Source: Octopus sinensis
Taxonomy: Eukaryota
Direction of reading: 5' to 3'
Length of the DNA: 64,000 nucleotides
Assembly (NCBI RefSeq): GCF_006345805.1
Contig: NC_043007.1
Span: 65,224,001 to 65,288,000, forward strand
Position numbers and translations under genes: made by a program. Within the stretch, counting starts at the first letter, position 1; each line of letters opens with the position of its first letter. A model generated the notes under the pieces. That model was given only the letters and a program-made list of their open reading frames with translations. It had not been told where the DNA came from and made no database searches. Positions 1 to 12,256 of this stretch are shown here, in pieces.

Positions 1-34
1 AGATAGATAGATAGATAGATAGATAGATAGGTAT

Positions 35-70
<36 letters not shown>

Positions 71-250
71 ATAGTTACATACATAGACAGATAGATAGAT
101 AGATACATACATACATATATACATTACATACATACATACATACATACACACAAATACATACAAGTGTATGTGTGTATGTATGTATGTATGTATGTATGTA
201 CGTATGTATGTACGTATGTATGTATGTGTGTATGTATGTATGTATGTATG

Positions 251-280
<30 letters not shown>
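1..280. repeat. (GATA)n/(TACA)n/(TATG)n microsatellite block, representative of many di/tetranucleotide arrays in the window
   Basis: Directly visible tandem repeats. Confidence 0.97.
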
Positions 281-281
<1 letters not shown>

Positions 282-1188
282 TGGCCTTTGTCATTTACTG
301 GTAGTTTGGACCTGCACGTCGAACTTTGTTGTGGATTGCTAAAAGTTTCTCATATTTGCAAGTCCCTTCTTTCGACGCGACCAGTGTTGCTCAAGGGAAA
401 GAAAAGGTCGATACAGCTTCGTGCCATTTTCTACAAACCATCATGTTCCCGCTGTAACACTATACACACATACACACACACACACATACACATGCACACA
501 GACGAACACATACACACACACACACACACTCACACACAAACATAGACGTACAAACACAGTGAGAAATATCGGCTGCGAATGTAACAATACATACACGCTT
601 CAAAATATTCACTCGCTTGTTTATTCATTTGTTCTATCATTCACGTTCATTCATTCAGACAGTCTGTCCGTCACTCGGTCGTTCGTATATTGTGTCCTAT
701 CGCGATATCGTTGACTTCTATACGTTTGTTAATAGTTATATCCATTTATTTTTCCAGTATTTTCTTCAATTATTATCAGTTCATTCATAGTTGGTCGTCG
801 TCCGTTCACCCGTTACTCCTACGTATCTCTTCTTTCGTTGACACTATTACATATCTATGCTTCTAACACGGAACCATACGTCACGTCATGCCTCGTCACG
901 TCACAACACGATACGTCACGTCATATAAGTTCAGATCACATTCACAGATTTTTACTTTCTATAATAAAGTACGACCGTTGACGTCATCCTCCTACCCGGC
1001 CTAACTATGAATTTCCGTTTGTATATGTTTGTGTGAATGTGCCTCTGCGTGTGTGTGCGCGCACGTGTGTATGTGGTGGGGTTGAGCACATATATGTACA
1101 TAAATATCTTTACTAATATCTATACATATTTCCATAAACATGTATATATGAATGTATATATATGTGTATATGTATGATATATATATAT

Positions 1189-1241
<53 letters not shown>

Positions 1242-1529
1242 TATAGAGATACACATACATATATATACATATATTATATATATATATAATATATATATAT
1301 ATATTATATTATATATAGATATGGACATATATATGTAAATATAAATTTTATATATATATATGTACATATATAATAAAAATAAATATATACATATGCCCTC
1401 ACACATAAACACACACGCTCAGACATATACAATTATGCCCACGCACATTGATATATTATATAGATATATATATTATATATATCCATATAATATATATATA
1501 CTACATACATACATACATACATACATACA

Positions 1530-1564
<35 letters not shown>

Positions 1565-1809
1565 GTTATGAATTCTTGATCATCTGAAAGACCTTCTCCT
1601 TGAATTAGCATTGCGAAGTGGCCGAATATTCCAGACACATGTAACGTAAATTCTCAGGACCAATGTAGGCGTTAATGAACAGTCTGGACATTATTATCAA
1701 ATTGATACGGTCCATCTGACAAAAAATCTGCAGTATTGCCGTCTATCCAATTTTATCCACAATAGTTGGCTCCCCGCACAACTCTGGCTCTCAGGCACCC
1801 ACCGCTTTC

Positions 1810-1854
<45 letters not shown>

Positions 1855-2199
1855 CACACACACACACACACACACACTTGTTGACAGTGATTTTATAGAT
1901 TCGGGGACGGTGACGTGAGCAAACGGTTGAACAAAACCAACGCCCTGCGAAACTCCGAACCCACTGTCAATGAAATTATCAAAGCATCTCATTCTGAGTT
2001 TACTTTTACTTTTCCAATCTTTTTACAATTAACGTTAAGAGTCTTTATGCTTGTAAAAATTGCCTTTATCATTCACTCCACACACATACATGTATCTTTT
2101 GCTATACATACATACATACCTACATACATACAACGAATACATGCATATATATATATATTATATATAGAATATATATATAATATATATATATATATTATA

Positions 2200-2231
<32 letters not shown>

Positions 2232-2270
2232 CATATATAGTATATGTAGCTATATATAGATAGTATATAT

Positions 2271-2315
<45 letters not shown>

Positions 2316-2320
<5 letters not shown>

Positions 2321-2542
2321 TTACTACCCACAAGGGGGCTAAACATAGAGGGGACAAACAAGGACAGACAAATGGATTAAGTCGATTATATCGACCCAGA
2401 GCGTAACTGGTACTTAATTTATTGACCCCGAAAGGATGAAAGGCAAAGTCGACCTCGGCAGAATTTGAACTCAGAACGTAACGGCAGACGAAATACGGCT
2501 ACGCATTTCAACCGCGTGCTAACGTTTCTGCCAACTCGCCGC

Positions 2543-2544
<2 letters not shown>
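2316..2544 (-). mobile_element. tRNA-derived SINE, family A (head GGCGGCGAG(C/T)TGGCAGAAACGTTAGC), near full length
   Basis: A-box-like TGGCAGAAACG and B-box-like GAGTTCAAATTC on the minus strand; many homologous copies in the window. Confidence 0.85.
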
Positions 2545-2575
<31 letters not shown>

Positions 2576-2798
2576 ATAGATAATATATATATATAGTATA
2601 TATATATATATATATAATCTTATTATATTATAATTAAACAAAGATAAATGCGATACAATAAATTATATAATCGCCGGTGTACCAGTACACGCCTATATTA
2701 TACATATATCATTACATTCAAGCGAAGAGTGCACTAGATACACAATAGCTGGATAAATTTAGTGAGATGAAAATTAAAAACTTTTACAAACTTAACTT

Positions 2799-2838
<40 letters not shown>

Positions 2839-3364
2839 CGTGTGTGTGTCTGTTTTGTGTGTATGGCGCATGTCTATGTATGTGTATACGTATGTCTATG
2901 TCTATGATGATGATGACGTCAGAGATGATGCAACTGGCAGAGATTAATGTTGATATAGGAGTTTGTTACTGTAGCTGAAAACAGAAGCTGTTTGTTTGTT
3001 TATTTGTTTTATTTATATCATTTCATTTGAACTTTTGTAAATAATCGATTAATAGTGAGAAATCAATAGACAGAAGAATGAGGGATAGATACTGAGAGAG
3101 AGAGAGAGAAACAGGTGTGTGTGAGAGAAAGAGTGGTTGAGATATGTTTTACACCAGAATCCAACTTTCTTTTAAGTGTTGAATTTAGTCCGTTATGTGT
3201 ATATGTATGTGTGTGTTGTACATTCATAGACATCAACAACCGCTAATGAGTGGTGTAAGAAATTATGTTAACGATCAGCAGGTCTCGCCTTCGTGCCACT
3301 GCGAGGCATCTTGGACAAGTGTCTCAATCATAACCTCACGTGGACAACTATGTCGAAATCCAAA

Positions 3365-3705
3365 CGATGAGCTGTTCTTGTAATTGAAAGGGCCCGCTTG
3401 GTCACAGAACGTGTCACACTAATTGTACCGAAGAATTATGTGAAGGGTAACACACGTTTGTGAAATATTCTGGTATTTAGCATTTTAATTCAATGAGTAG
3501 GTTGGCTAGTTCGTCGAACTAGACTTTCATACTCTCCTCTCTCGGAGTTCTCAGGGAGATTCAGCGTGACACAGAATGTGACAAGGCTGGCCCTTTCAAA
3601 CACAGGCACTATTCACTTTTGCCACCTGCGTTGACTGGAGCAACGTGAAATAAAATGTCTTGCTCAAGGAGACAACGTGTCGCTGGGAATTGAACTTACG
3701 CGCCC
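3365..3705 (-). mobile_element. SINE family C fragments (body CCTTGAGCAAGACACTTTATTTCACGTTGCTCCAGT)
   Basis: Matches copies at 33020-33340, 33807-34060 and 46208-46538. Confidence 0.7.
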
Positions 3706-3949
3706 TCACACACACACACACACATACACAAACAAACATATGCATGTATGTATGTATGTATGTATGTATGTATGTATGTATGTATGTACGTATGTATGTA
3801 TGTATGTATGTATGTATGTGTGTGTTTTCGCAACAAACATCGATATAACCGTAATCTACATTATCTGAAGGGTATTTGTAGAACATTTTATTAAAAACAT
3901 CAATTTTCAGAAAGTTATGTTTATGTGTGTGTATGTGTGTATGCGTGCA

Positions 3950-3995
<46 letters not shown>

Positions 3996-4009
3996 TGTCT
4001 GTGTGTCTG

Positions 4010-4225
4010 TGCTTGCATTACTTTTGTTCCTCCATCTCCGCGTGACAACCGGTGTTCGTTTGTTTTTGTGATGTAACTTAGGGGTTTGGTAAAAAAAAAA
4101 AGGCAGAATAAATACCAGACTTTAAAAAAAATAGTACTATGATCGATTTCTTCGACAAAACAATTGAAGGTAGTTTTCCAACATGGCCGCAATCTTGTGA
4201 ATGCAACAAATAAAAAGTAAGAGAT
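4010..4225 (+). mobile_element. SINE family B, 3' portion
   Basis: GACAACCGGTGTT...GTAACTTAG...CAGAATAA...CAACATGGCCGCA matches the 3' half of 38233-38635. Confidence 0.65.
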
Positions 4226-4771
4226 AAAATCATGTATTCTTTGTTAAATAAGATGATGGAGGGGTAGTGGTTTAAGGAAGGCTTGGCTACCGCAGATTCA
4301 TCTACCGTGTAGAGACACACTTTTTAATATGCATTTTGTTTATTCCAGCTCTCAATAGGTTCCACATTGTATGATTAAGATTTACGCAGATGAATAATGA
4401 AATAAAATCAGCCATCATGAATGCATGAAATACGTTATTTCAAACAGATCCTCTTATTAAACATTGATTTATTGTTACATTACAAGAATGTGGCACAAAA
4501 ATTATCCACAGCAGAATACAAGCATTTGTATTTATATATCATGAGACAAAAGCGTCAAAAATATTTTCGATCTGTGAAACAAATATAGCACAAATATATG
4601 AAATACATTAGATTCTCTGTTATAGATAATAGCGAGCTAGTATTTAATATTTGCTCTGTCAATTTCTCTATTCTCTCTCCCTCGTCATGTATCTGTCATA
4701 TATATGTTATAATATATATATATATATATTATATATATATATATTATATATATATATATATATATCTATAT

Positions 4772-4848
<77 letters not shown>

Positions 4849-4965
4849 GTACGTATGTATGCATTTATGTATGTGCGTGTGTGTGTGCATGCATGCGTGT
4901 GTGCTTATGTATATTATTTACATACATACATACATACATGCATACATACATACATACAAACATAC

Positions 4966-5028
<63 letters not shown>

Positions 5029-5128
5029 ACACCTGATGAAGGCTAGAGAATATATCGAGAGAGATAGAGGTGTGTGTTTGTATACATATATATATATATA
5101 TGTGTGTCTGTGTGTGTCTGTGTACATA

Positions 5129-5298
5129 GGCGTGGCTGTGTGGTAAGATGCTTGCTTACCAACCACATGGTTCCAGGTTCAGTTCCACTATGCGGCACCT
5201 TGGGCAAGTATCTTCTGCTATGCCTCGGGCCCACCAAAACCTTATGAATGGATTTGGTAGACGGAAACTGAAAGATATCCGTTGTGTTTGTGTGTATG

Positions 5299-5366
<68 letters not shown>

Positions 5367-5369
5367 TAT

Positions 5370-5406
<37 letters not shown>

Positions 5407-5665
5407 CATACATATGTATATGTGTGTATATATAAAAAATGTACACATATATATGTAGGTAGGTATATGCGTGTGTTTTTGTGTTTGTATTCGTGACCCC
5501 TTCACTGCTTGACATCTCCGGTGTTTACATCCCCGTAACTTATTGGTTCAACAAAAGAGATCGATAAAATAAGTACTTAGGAAATCAGCCTTGGAGTCGA
5601 TTAGTTCAACTAAAACTCTCCAGTGTAGCCGCAGTGTAATGACTGAGACAAGCAAAATAATAGAA
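5129..5665 (+). mobile_element. tRNA-derived SINE, family B (head GGCGTGGCTGTGTGGTAAG), with expanded internal TA/TG microsatellite
   Basis: A/B-box head (TGGCTGTGTGG; GGTTCAGTTCC) and CCTTGGGCAAG body; homologous to 26449-26870 and 38233-38635. Confidence 0.85.
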
Positions 5666-5769
5666 TATATATTTGTGTGTGTATGAAAAAAAAAATATAT
5701 GTATACGAATATAGATGTGTTTATGTTTATCACTGTATCGACCATGTCATGAGATACTGTTATATACCA

Positions 5770-6170
5770 CTGGTTACAATTCGCTGCCAACTCTGTCTTG
5801 ATCGCACCATTCTTTTCCATCTTAACCAAATCGCCTTTCCATCGTTTCTGAGGCCAAGTGCCCTTTTCGATCTCTTGGATACCACTCCACAACTGTTCGG
5901 GTCCACCTGTTGTCTGTGATCCTTGTGATGTATCCAGCGTAGCGGAACTCCTGCATTCGATTCTCTGCGATTCGCTCTTTTCTCTCTTAATGATATTTCT
6001 ATCTTAGTCCACGCCTCACTTTCGTATAAGAGCGCACGTATGCCGGTGTTATTGAAGAATCTGGTACATATAGTATCGGCTAGCTTTGTTTGGAATACAT
6101 CCTTCATTGAGTTAAATGGTTTCCAGCCTGCCCTTATTCTCTTTGAGATTTTAGCCTTCCTATGGATCGA
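5770..6170 (-). mobile_element. RTE-clade LINE, degraded C-terminal fragment
   Basis: Minus translation RAGWKPFNSMKDVF..FNNTGIRALLYESEAWT and, after a frameshift, ITDNRWTRTVVEWYPRD..WKRMVRSRQSWQR, typical of RTE post-RT regions. Confidence 0.7.
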
Positions 6171-6174
6171 TGTT

Positions 6175-6335
6175 AAGTCACTGCCTCCTTGTTTTCGTTT
6201 TAAGTAGAGACGGTTAGCCTCACTGTTTATGTAAAAAATTTTCTGTGTTGGATAGTATCTTCCCGGTTTTCACATCAATGGCTCGGATCTCATCAACCGT
6301 CCAATTAAGTAGCCCAATTGTTGGCATGTGTACTG
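6175..6335 (-). mobile_element. R4/Dong-clade (REL) non-LTR retrotransposon RT-thumb fragment
   Basis: Minus translation MPTIGLLNWTVDEIRAIDVKTGKILS../INSEANRLYLKRKQGGSDL resembles the clade motif W....L..LDRKTRK.L....RLYLPRKEGGRGL. Confidence 0.7.
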
Positions 6336-6489
6336 GTACTACAAACACATTGTGGGGAGCTGTTTTTTTTTTTAATGCAGAGAGTTTCGAGGTCAATATT
6401 TTTCTTATCCAGCTGTTTTATTCTTTGGTGACATATTGGCAAAACAGAGTCGGGAGAACGTATGTCTTGGGTGTAATGCAAGAAGAATA

Positions 6490-6826
6490 ATTACTTTGAA
6501 TTTATTATTTGCATTCTTTACAATTGACGGATATTTGTCCTCATCTTGTTTGTTGTTAACACAACGTTTCGGCTGATATACCCTCCAGCCATCATGAGAT
6601 GTCATTGGGAAATTTCGAACCTGGATTCTCATTCCTAAGGGGTTTTTGTTGTTGTTGTTGTTATTATTATTATATTATTATTATTATTATTATCTTATTA
6701 TTATTATTTATTATTATTATATATTATTATTATTATTATTATTTATTATTATTATTATTCAGGTCATGCCTAGAATCGAACTCGGAATCTTGGGGTTAGT
6801 AGCCCGCGCTCTTAACCACTACGCCA
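6490..6826 (-). mobile_element. tRNA-headed SINE, family D, with internal (TAA)n/(CAA)n and a 3' hammerhead-like motif
   Basis: A-box TGGCGTAGTGG, anticodon-like arm GGG-CTACTAA-CCC, B-box GTTCGATTC; inverted twin at 6836-7020. Confidence 0.8.
6558..6603 (-). ncRNA. Minimal type I hammerhead ribozyme motif, core mutated (G5 to C)
   Basis: GACAU-CUCAUGA-U-GGCUG[GAGGGUAUAU]CAGCC-GAAA-CG-UU-GUGUU; stems I and II pair; palindromic AACGUU stem III. Confidence 0.7.
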
Positions 6827-6835
6827 TATGTCCGT

Positions 6836-7020
6836 GGGTGTAGTAGTTAAGAGCGTGGGCTACTAACACCAAGATTCCGAGCTCGATTCCAGACAGTGAC
6901 CTGAATAATAATAATAATAACAACAACAACAACAACAACAACATAGAAAAATATCTTAGGAATGAGAACCCAGGTTCGAAATTTCCCCAAGACACCTGAT
7001 GAAGGCTAGAGAATATATAT
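6836..7020 (+). mobile_element. tRNA-headed SINE, family D, second copy; head-to-head with 6490-6826 and 3'-truncated within the hammerhead
   Basis: Reverse-complement match to 6575-6826; intact GACAC-CTGATGA-A-GGCT at 6991-7007. Confidence 0.8.
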
Positions 7021-9539
7021 ATCTCGAGAGAGAGAGGTGTGTGGGTGTGTGTATACATATATATATACATAAGCGTATGTGTATATTTATCTGTGCGTAG
7101 AGGAAACGCAAATTCTGCACCGGTTAAGGCTTCGGTCTATTGCACATATCAAAAGATTAAGCACAGTCGAGGGAATGTTTGATTCAGCGAAATTTTGGTC
7201 GGGAAGATGATATGTGTTAGTCAACAGATAGGCAAAAGTATATCAGTCTCTATACTCTTCTAACATAAGGCTGCACTGAGCAGTTGTGAATATTTTGTAT
7301 CACAAAATAATAAATAAATCAATGCATATCTAGGGTCACTCAGGAAGCATTGCATCAGTGAAACCTTAGCAAATTTGAAAGCGTATGCAATGGAGTTTAA
7401 TAACACGAAATTAGCTAATTAACACAAATATTAAATTATTTCTCTTTCAAAATTATTTGAACCAACTTCAAAATTTTCACTGAAGTATAGTTAGCGGGGA
7501 AATTTTACATTCTACTTCTACCGCACCAGAATATTTTAGTTGCTTTCGGATTTAAAAACAAAATATATATTTTGCTATCCTTCTTTGATCTGGTTTTTCT
7601 AACCTGTTTACATGTCATCAGTGCAATGCTTCTGGATGACATCATGCAACAATTTAAATGTAGATTACTCCCCAAATGTGGGAGTTACGTGTTTATTTTG
7701 TAGTTTTCAAATGAATGTTGCAATCAGCTCTGAAAAAAAAATAGAAGAAACAGTATTATTCAATTGCTTTGGTGAATCTCAAAGCTGCGAAGAAAGCACA
7801 AGTTTATTGAAAAAATCCTGTATCAACAATACAAGGTATGTTTTAATAAAATTTAATAAAATTTTATTTAATAACAATATTAGTTTTCATAATTTTCAAA
7901 ATAGCAGCAATTTTTTTTTATATGAATTAATCTTCATTCTAAAATCTTAAAACGGTTCTGCGACAAAATAATCATTAAGAATCTCAAAGCTACCCTAGCA
8001 AAAAGTTGTAGCCAAGAAATGCCGGAAAATAAATATCTGAAAAGCGGATAATTTTCCCCGCTGTTGTTACTATTATTGTTTGTATATTTTTGGTGCACAA
8101 AACAAAACAAAAGAGCAAAAAAAAAAACCCGTCGAACATTCAGTCAAAAGGAGAAGTTAATGAATATATATTTTATTAATCCACATATGTGTGTGCATGT
8201 GTATGGACATCTGTGCGCATGCGCGCGTCTGTTTATGCGAATCAAATTTGCATACATACTGCCAGCAGCTGCATTTTAATCCGATAGACAAGGACAAATT
8301 ACGAGCAAATTAATTCATAGAATATAGATTTTAAGGCCTGTGAAAAACGGGTTTCTTTGAAGTCTTCAAGTAATCTGTGAAGCAAACGTTGATTTCGGTG
8401 TAGCTTTCTAGTGGAACACAAATCTATGCAAAAGATATCAGAGAGTTTGGATTGTAAAGCCCAAAAACATAATATCATATGTAAAACTTATCAAATATAA
8501 AGATTGAGTATGCTAGTACAAACTCCACAGAGACACCAATAGTCACCAAACAAAATTTGCCAATTTTCTCTTGATGAGGAAAGCCAGAATTATAGTAATA
8601 TTTTCATATAACTTGTTACTGGTTACATACCCATGACGTTTTGCACATTTCTTCTGCAATTTATTACATAACTCCGGGGTTCCTGAAACAGTTGCCGAGT
8701 TATAAAATTACGTATTTTCTTATCTTATTCTGTACTTTGTGTGTGTGTCTCTGTGGATCCTATCGCAATGAAACAAGGCTATGTAAATTGTGTATAGCAG
8801 AAAGATATTTAATCCTTATGAACTCACATGAACCAGGAGGCAGCCGGAACTCCAGGACGGAAGCCGTGGGGAGTTGTCAACATTTTCGGAAATTTTTACA
8901 TCAAAATTGGAAAACCTAGCTATCAAGCGAAGGAAGACAACTCGCCCGGCCATAATTTTTAAGAGGAATATTTTTTCACCTATCACCGGCGTTCTTGTGT
9001 TTTTAAATATCATTCTTTGCAGAGAACAGCTATCGTTTAGAGAAGTTGAAGATATGCCTAATTCACGCTAGATATGAAACCAATGTTTTTCCTCTAAAAC
9101 TGTTACTTTACACATACAAATATATATACATGATGCACATACATAAACACCCTAGCGCAGCCGGATATTGACTTGATGGCTAAAAGTAAATCAAGTACAT
9201 TTATCATTTTCAGCAGAAATATAAAGATCCGTGCTTTGGGTTTGCTTCAATACTCATATCTGTCATAAAGCAAAACATGTTAAGATAAGCAAATACAAAT
9301 TCATTTACAAGAACACTCTCACACAAATATATGTATACATGTGTGTATGTTTATCAACATAATGGTGAAGGATGTATGCAACAATGTGCAATAATTAACT
9401 TGAATTGTAAAAAAAATAAAACAGCCATACGGAAGTGTAAACCATTAAGTTTTTATATTGCGCCAATACGATTTTGTTACTTGCAAAATACGTATCGTTC
9501 GTCAGGAATGCGCCCGGGCTCAAACAAGACAAAATGAGC

Positions 9540-9655
9540 AGACATTTTACGATTACAAACGACCTCGGAGGAATTTATACTCAGAACGTAAAGACACACG
9601 AAATGCTGCTAAGCGTTTTGTCCGGCTTGCTGACAATTCTTCCAGCTCACTGCCT
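9540..9655 (-). mobile_element. SINE family A, diverged
   Basis: GACCTCGGAGGAATTTATACTCAGAACGTAAAG...CTTCCAGCTCACTGCC. Confidence 0.6.
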
Positions 9656-10957
9656 AAATCATCAAAAATATTGATGTTAATAATATAAACAAACAATGTG
9701 AAGCAATTAAGCAATACATTTAGTTGTTATTTTCTATGGTATTTGAAACTGGGTCCTAATATTTTTTATCTGAGCAATATTACTTCCTGCATTATTCCAA
9801 TAAACACTGTTAATACATCGTCGTCAAAGGAAGTTGAGCGAGGGAGTGAGAGTGTGTGTGTGTGCGTGAGAGAGAAGGAGTGAGTGAGCGTGTGTATGTG
9901 TGTGTGTATGGAGGGTTTTTGTGAGTGTGATGTGAGGCACAGAGGAAAACTTAGAGGATAACAGAGAGGAAGAGCTTAAAAATTTAGAGATACTCAAAAG
10001 GAGAGAAAAATAACGTTGGTGCACACCACTCTAACAAACCTACTCAACTACTACTCCATTGCAACTACCAAGCTTTCAGCATCTTCTTAATTAAATCCTA
10101 TCTGATTTACCTCAGAGAGACCTTGGTTACTGGATATTTTCCTCGTACATTATTCTGGAGCGGTTTAGATTTGAGTGCAAAGTTTGGAAACGATTCGTAA
10201 GGAAACGCTGATGTTGTTTCGAGACAAATAAACATCGACGCTTACAGTTGTGTACGTACGTACATACATACATACATACATACATACATACATACATACA
10301 TACATACATGCCATACATACTTATCATACAGACACTCTGCACCCATGCGTACATGTCACACACACACGCACACACACACACAGTATACACCTAATACACT
10401 TAAATGTTTGCTATATATTTGGGTTCCTTCTATTCTATTCTATTCTATTCTACTTTCTTCACATAGATATTGTTGTTATATAGATCTAATTAACAAATTT
10501 CTAATGTGTTTTTTGCGTGTGTAAATATATATAGTATATATACATACATACACACATATGTATGTATATATATCACCAATGAACTAATTAAAAAAATCAA
10601 TAAATGCAATAGACCAAATAAGAATAAAAATGCAAGTTAACATCACAAGTCTGAAGTTCTGCACCCTTCTCACCTCTCACCTTCTCCATTTTAGCCCCCT
10701 CTCCACCTCTTCTACAACGGTCAGCTGTTCCCTTCTCCCCCGAGAAAAAATAATTTTGTCGTTCACGTGATCAATTCGCAGAAGATAACTTAACATTTTG
10801 TTCTGTGATATGCTGACATTTTCAACATATGGAAAAGCCATATTGACTTTCAGTGTTTATATTTCAACCACCATTTTGGACACGTCTCAATCAATCCTCT
10901 ACTGTGTTTGAGAGAAAAAGAAACAAAATGACTGAATGTGTATCTCTCTGTCTGTCC

Positions 10958-11011
<54 letters not shown>

Positions 11012-11058
11012 ATGCCTGTCTGCCTGTCTGCCTGTCTGTCTGTCTGTCTGTCTATCTG

Positions 11059-11108
<50 letters not shown>

Positions 11109-11118
11109 ATATATCTAC

Positions 11119-11155
<37 letters not shown>

Positions 11156-11184
11156 ACTATCTATCTATATCTATCTATCTGTCT

Positions 11185-11231
<47 letters not shown>

Positions 11232-11419
11232 ATATATATATATATGTAAAGCTTAATCAACTTATTTGTTGTTGAATGTTGTTACTTCTGTCGCGAAGTT
11301 GTGCAGGGGCAAGTCAGCGAAGAAGGATTAATATTTGGGACTGACTTTATCGAGAAGCAAAACTTGTATTTCAAAACTACTTGATGCGGATGCAACAATG
11401 GTCAGCATACCAATTCTGG

Positions 11420-11630
11420 TAGGCGTCGCTGCAACGGGTACACGATCTACTAGAAATTGCAGCCAGATTATTTCAAATCTCATTCTATTAACTTATTAGG
11501 CAAAAGATACCGCTGATAATGTTGTTCTCGAAACACTATATGACAAAAAAAAAAAAAAAAAAAAAAAAGAATACGGAATCTGCGTAGCTTTGCAGCTTCT
11601 CGTCATAGGAAGAACAACGGTCTAAACAAA
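11420..11630 (-). mobile_element. Interspersed repeat family E (GATTTGGCTGCTATTTCTAG core), diverged
   Basis: Similar to 28945-29300, 29375-29560 and 52825-53100. Confidence 0.5.
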
Positions 11631-11867
11631 AAACAATAATCTTCATTATATAATGAAGATAAATGCGATGTTTTTTCTTTATATTTTGCATATCATTTAG
11701 TTCTCTGATAAAAGCCTCCTACTCCAAAATCGTGAGTTCCTTCATTATGCGACACATCTTATGATGCATCAATGTACATATCACTTTATACAGAATTCGT
11801 GCCTCTGCTACTGATAATCTTTATGAAACACACGCGCACAACACACACACACACACAGAGACATTGA

Positions 11868-12159
11868 GGGCGCACAGCCTAGTAGCTTAGGTGTTACACT
11901 CACGACCGCGAGATCGTGGTTTCAATTCCTGGACCGGGCAGTGCGCTACGTTCTTGAGCAAAACACTTCATCTCGCGTTGTTCTGCGATCACTTTGACAC
12001 CTGACGGGTGGTACACTTGTGCACTTGTTCAGGCAATGTCGATTTGATGGAGAGAGTGAGCTGATGTATGGTACATAAATTTGATCACTATGAAGAAATC
12101 ATTTTTATAGGTCATTTAGCAAAAGCTGAACATCCAGACATCACTTTCGAAGGGAGAGT

Positions 12160-12165
<6 letters not shown>
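11868..12165 (+). mobile_element. tRNA-derived SINE, family C variant
   Basis: tRNA-like head (GCCTAGTAGCTTAGG; GGTTTCAATTCC) followed by TTCTTGAGCAAAACACTTCAT. Confidence 0.75.
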
Positions 12166-12202
<37 letters not shown>

Positions 12203-12256
12203 TTGTATGTGTGTGTGTGTGTGTATACATGCACACGCACGCACACACAGAAATGA

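Noticed and set aside
6760-6903. tRNA-Ser(ACT)-like genes
   Set aside because: No paired acceptor stem or long variable arm, and they continue into shared SINE bodies
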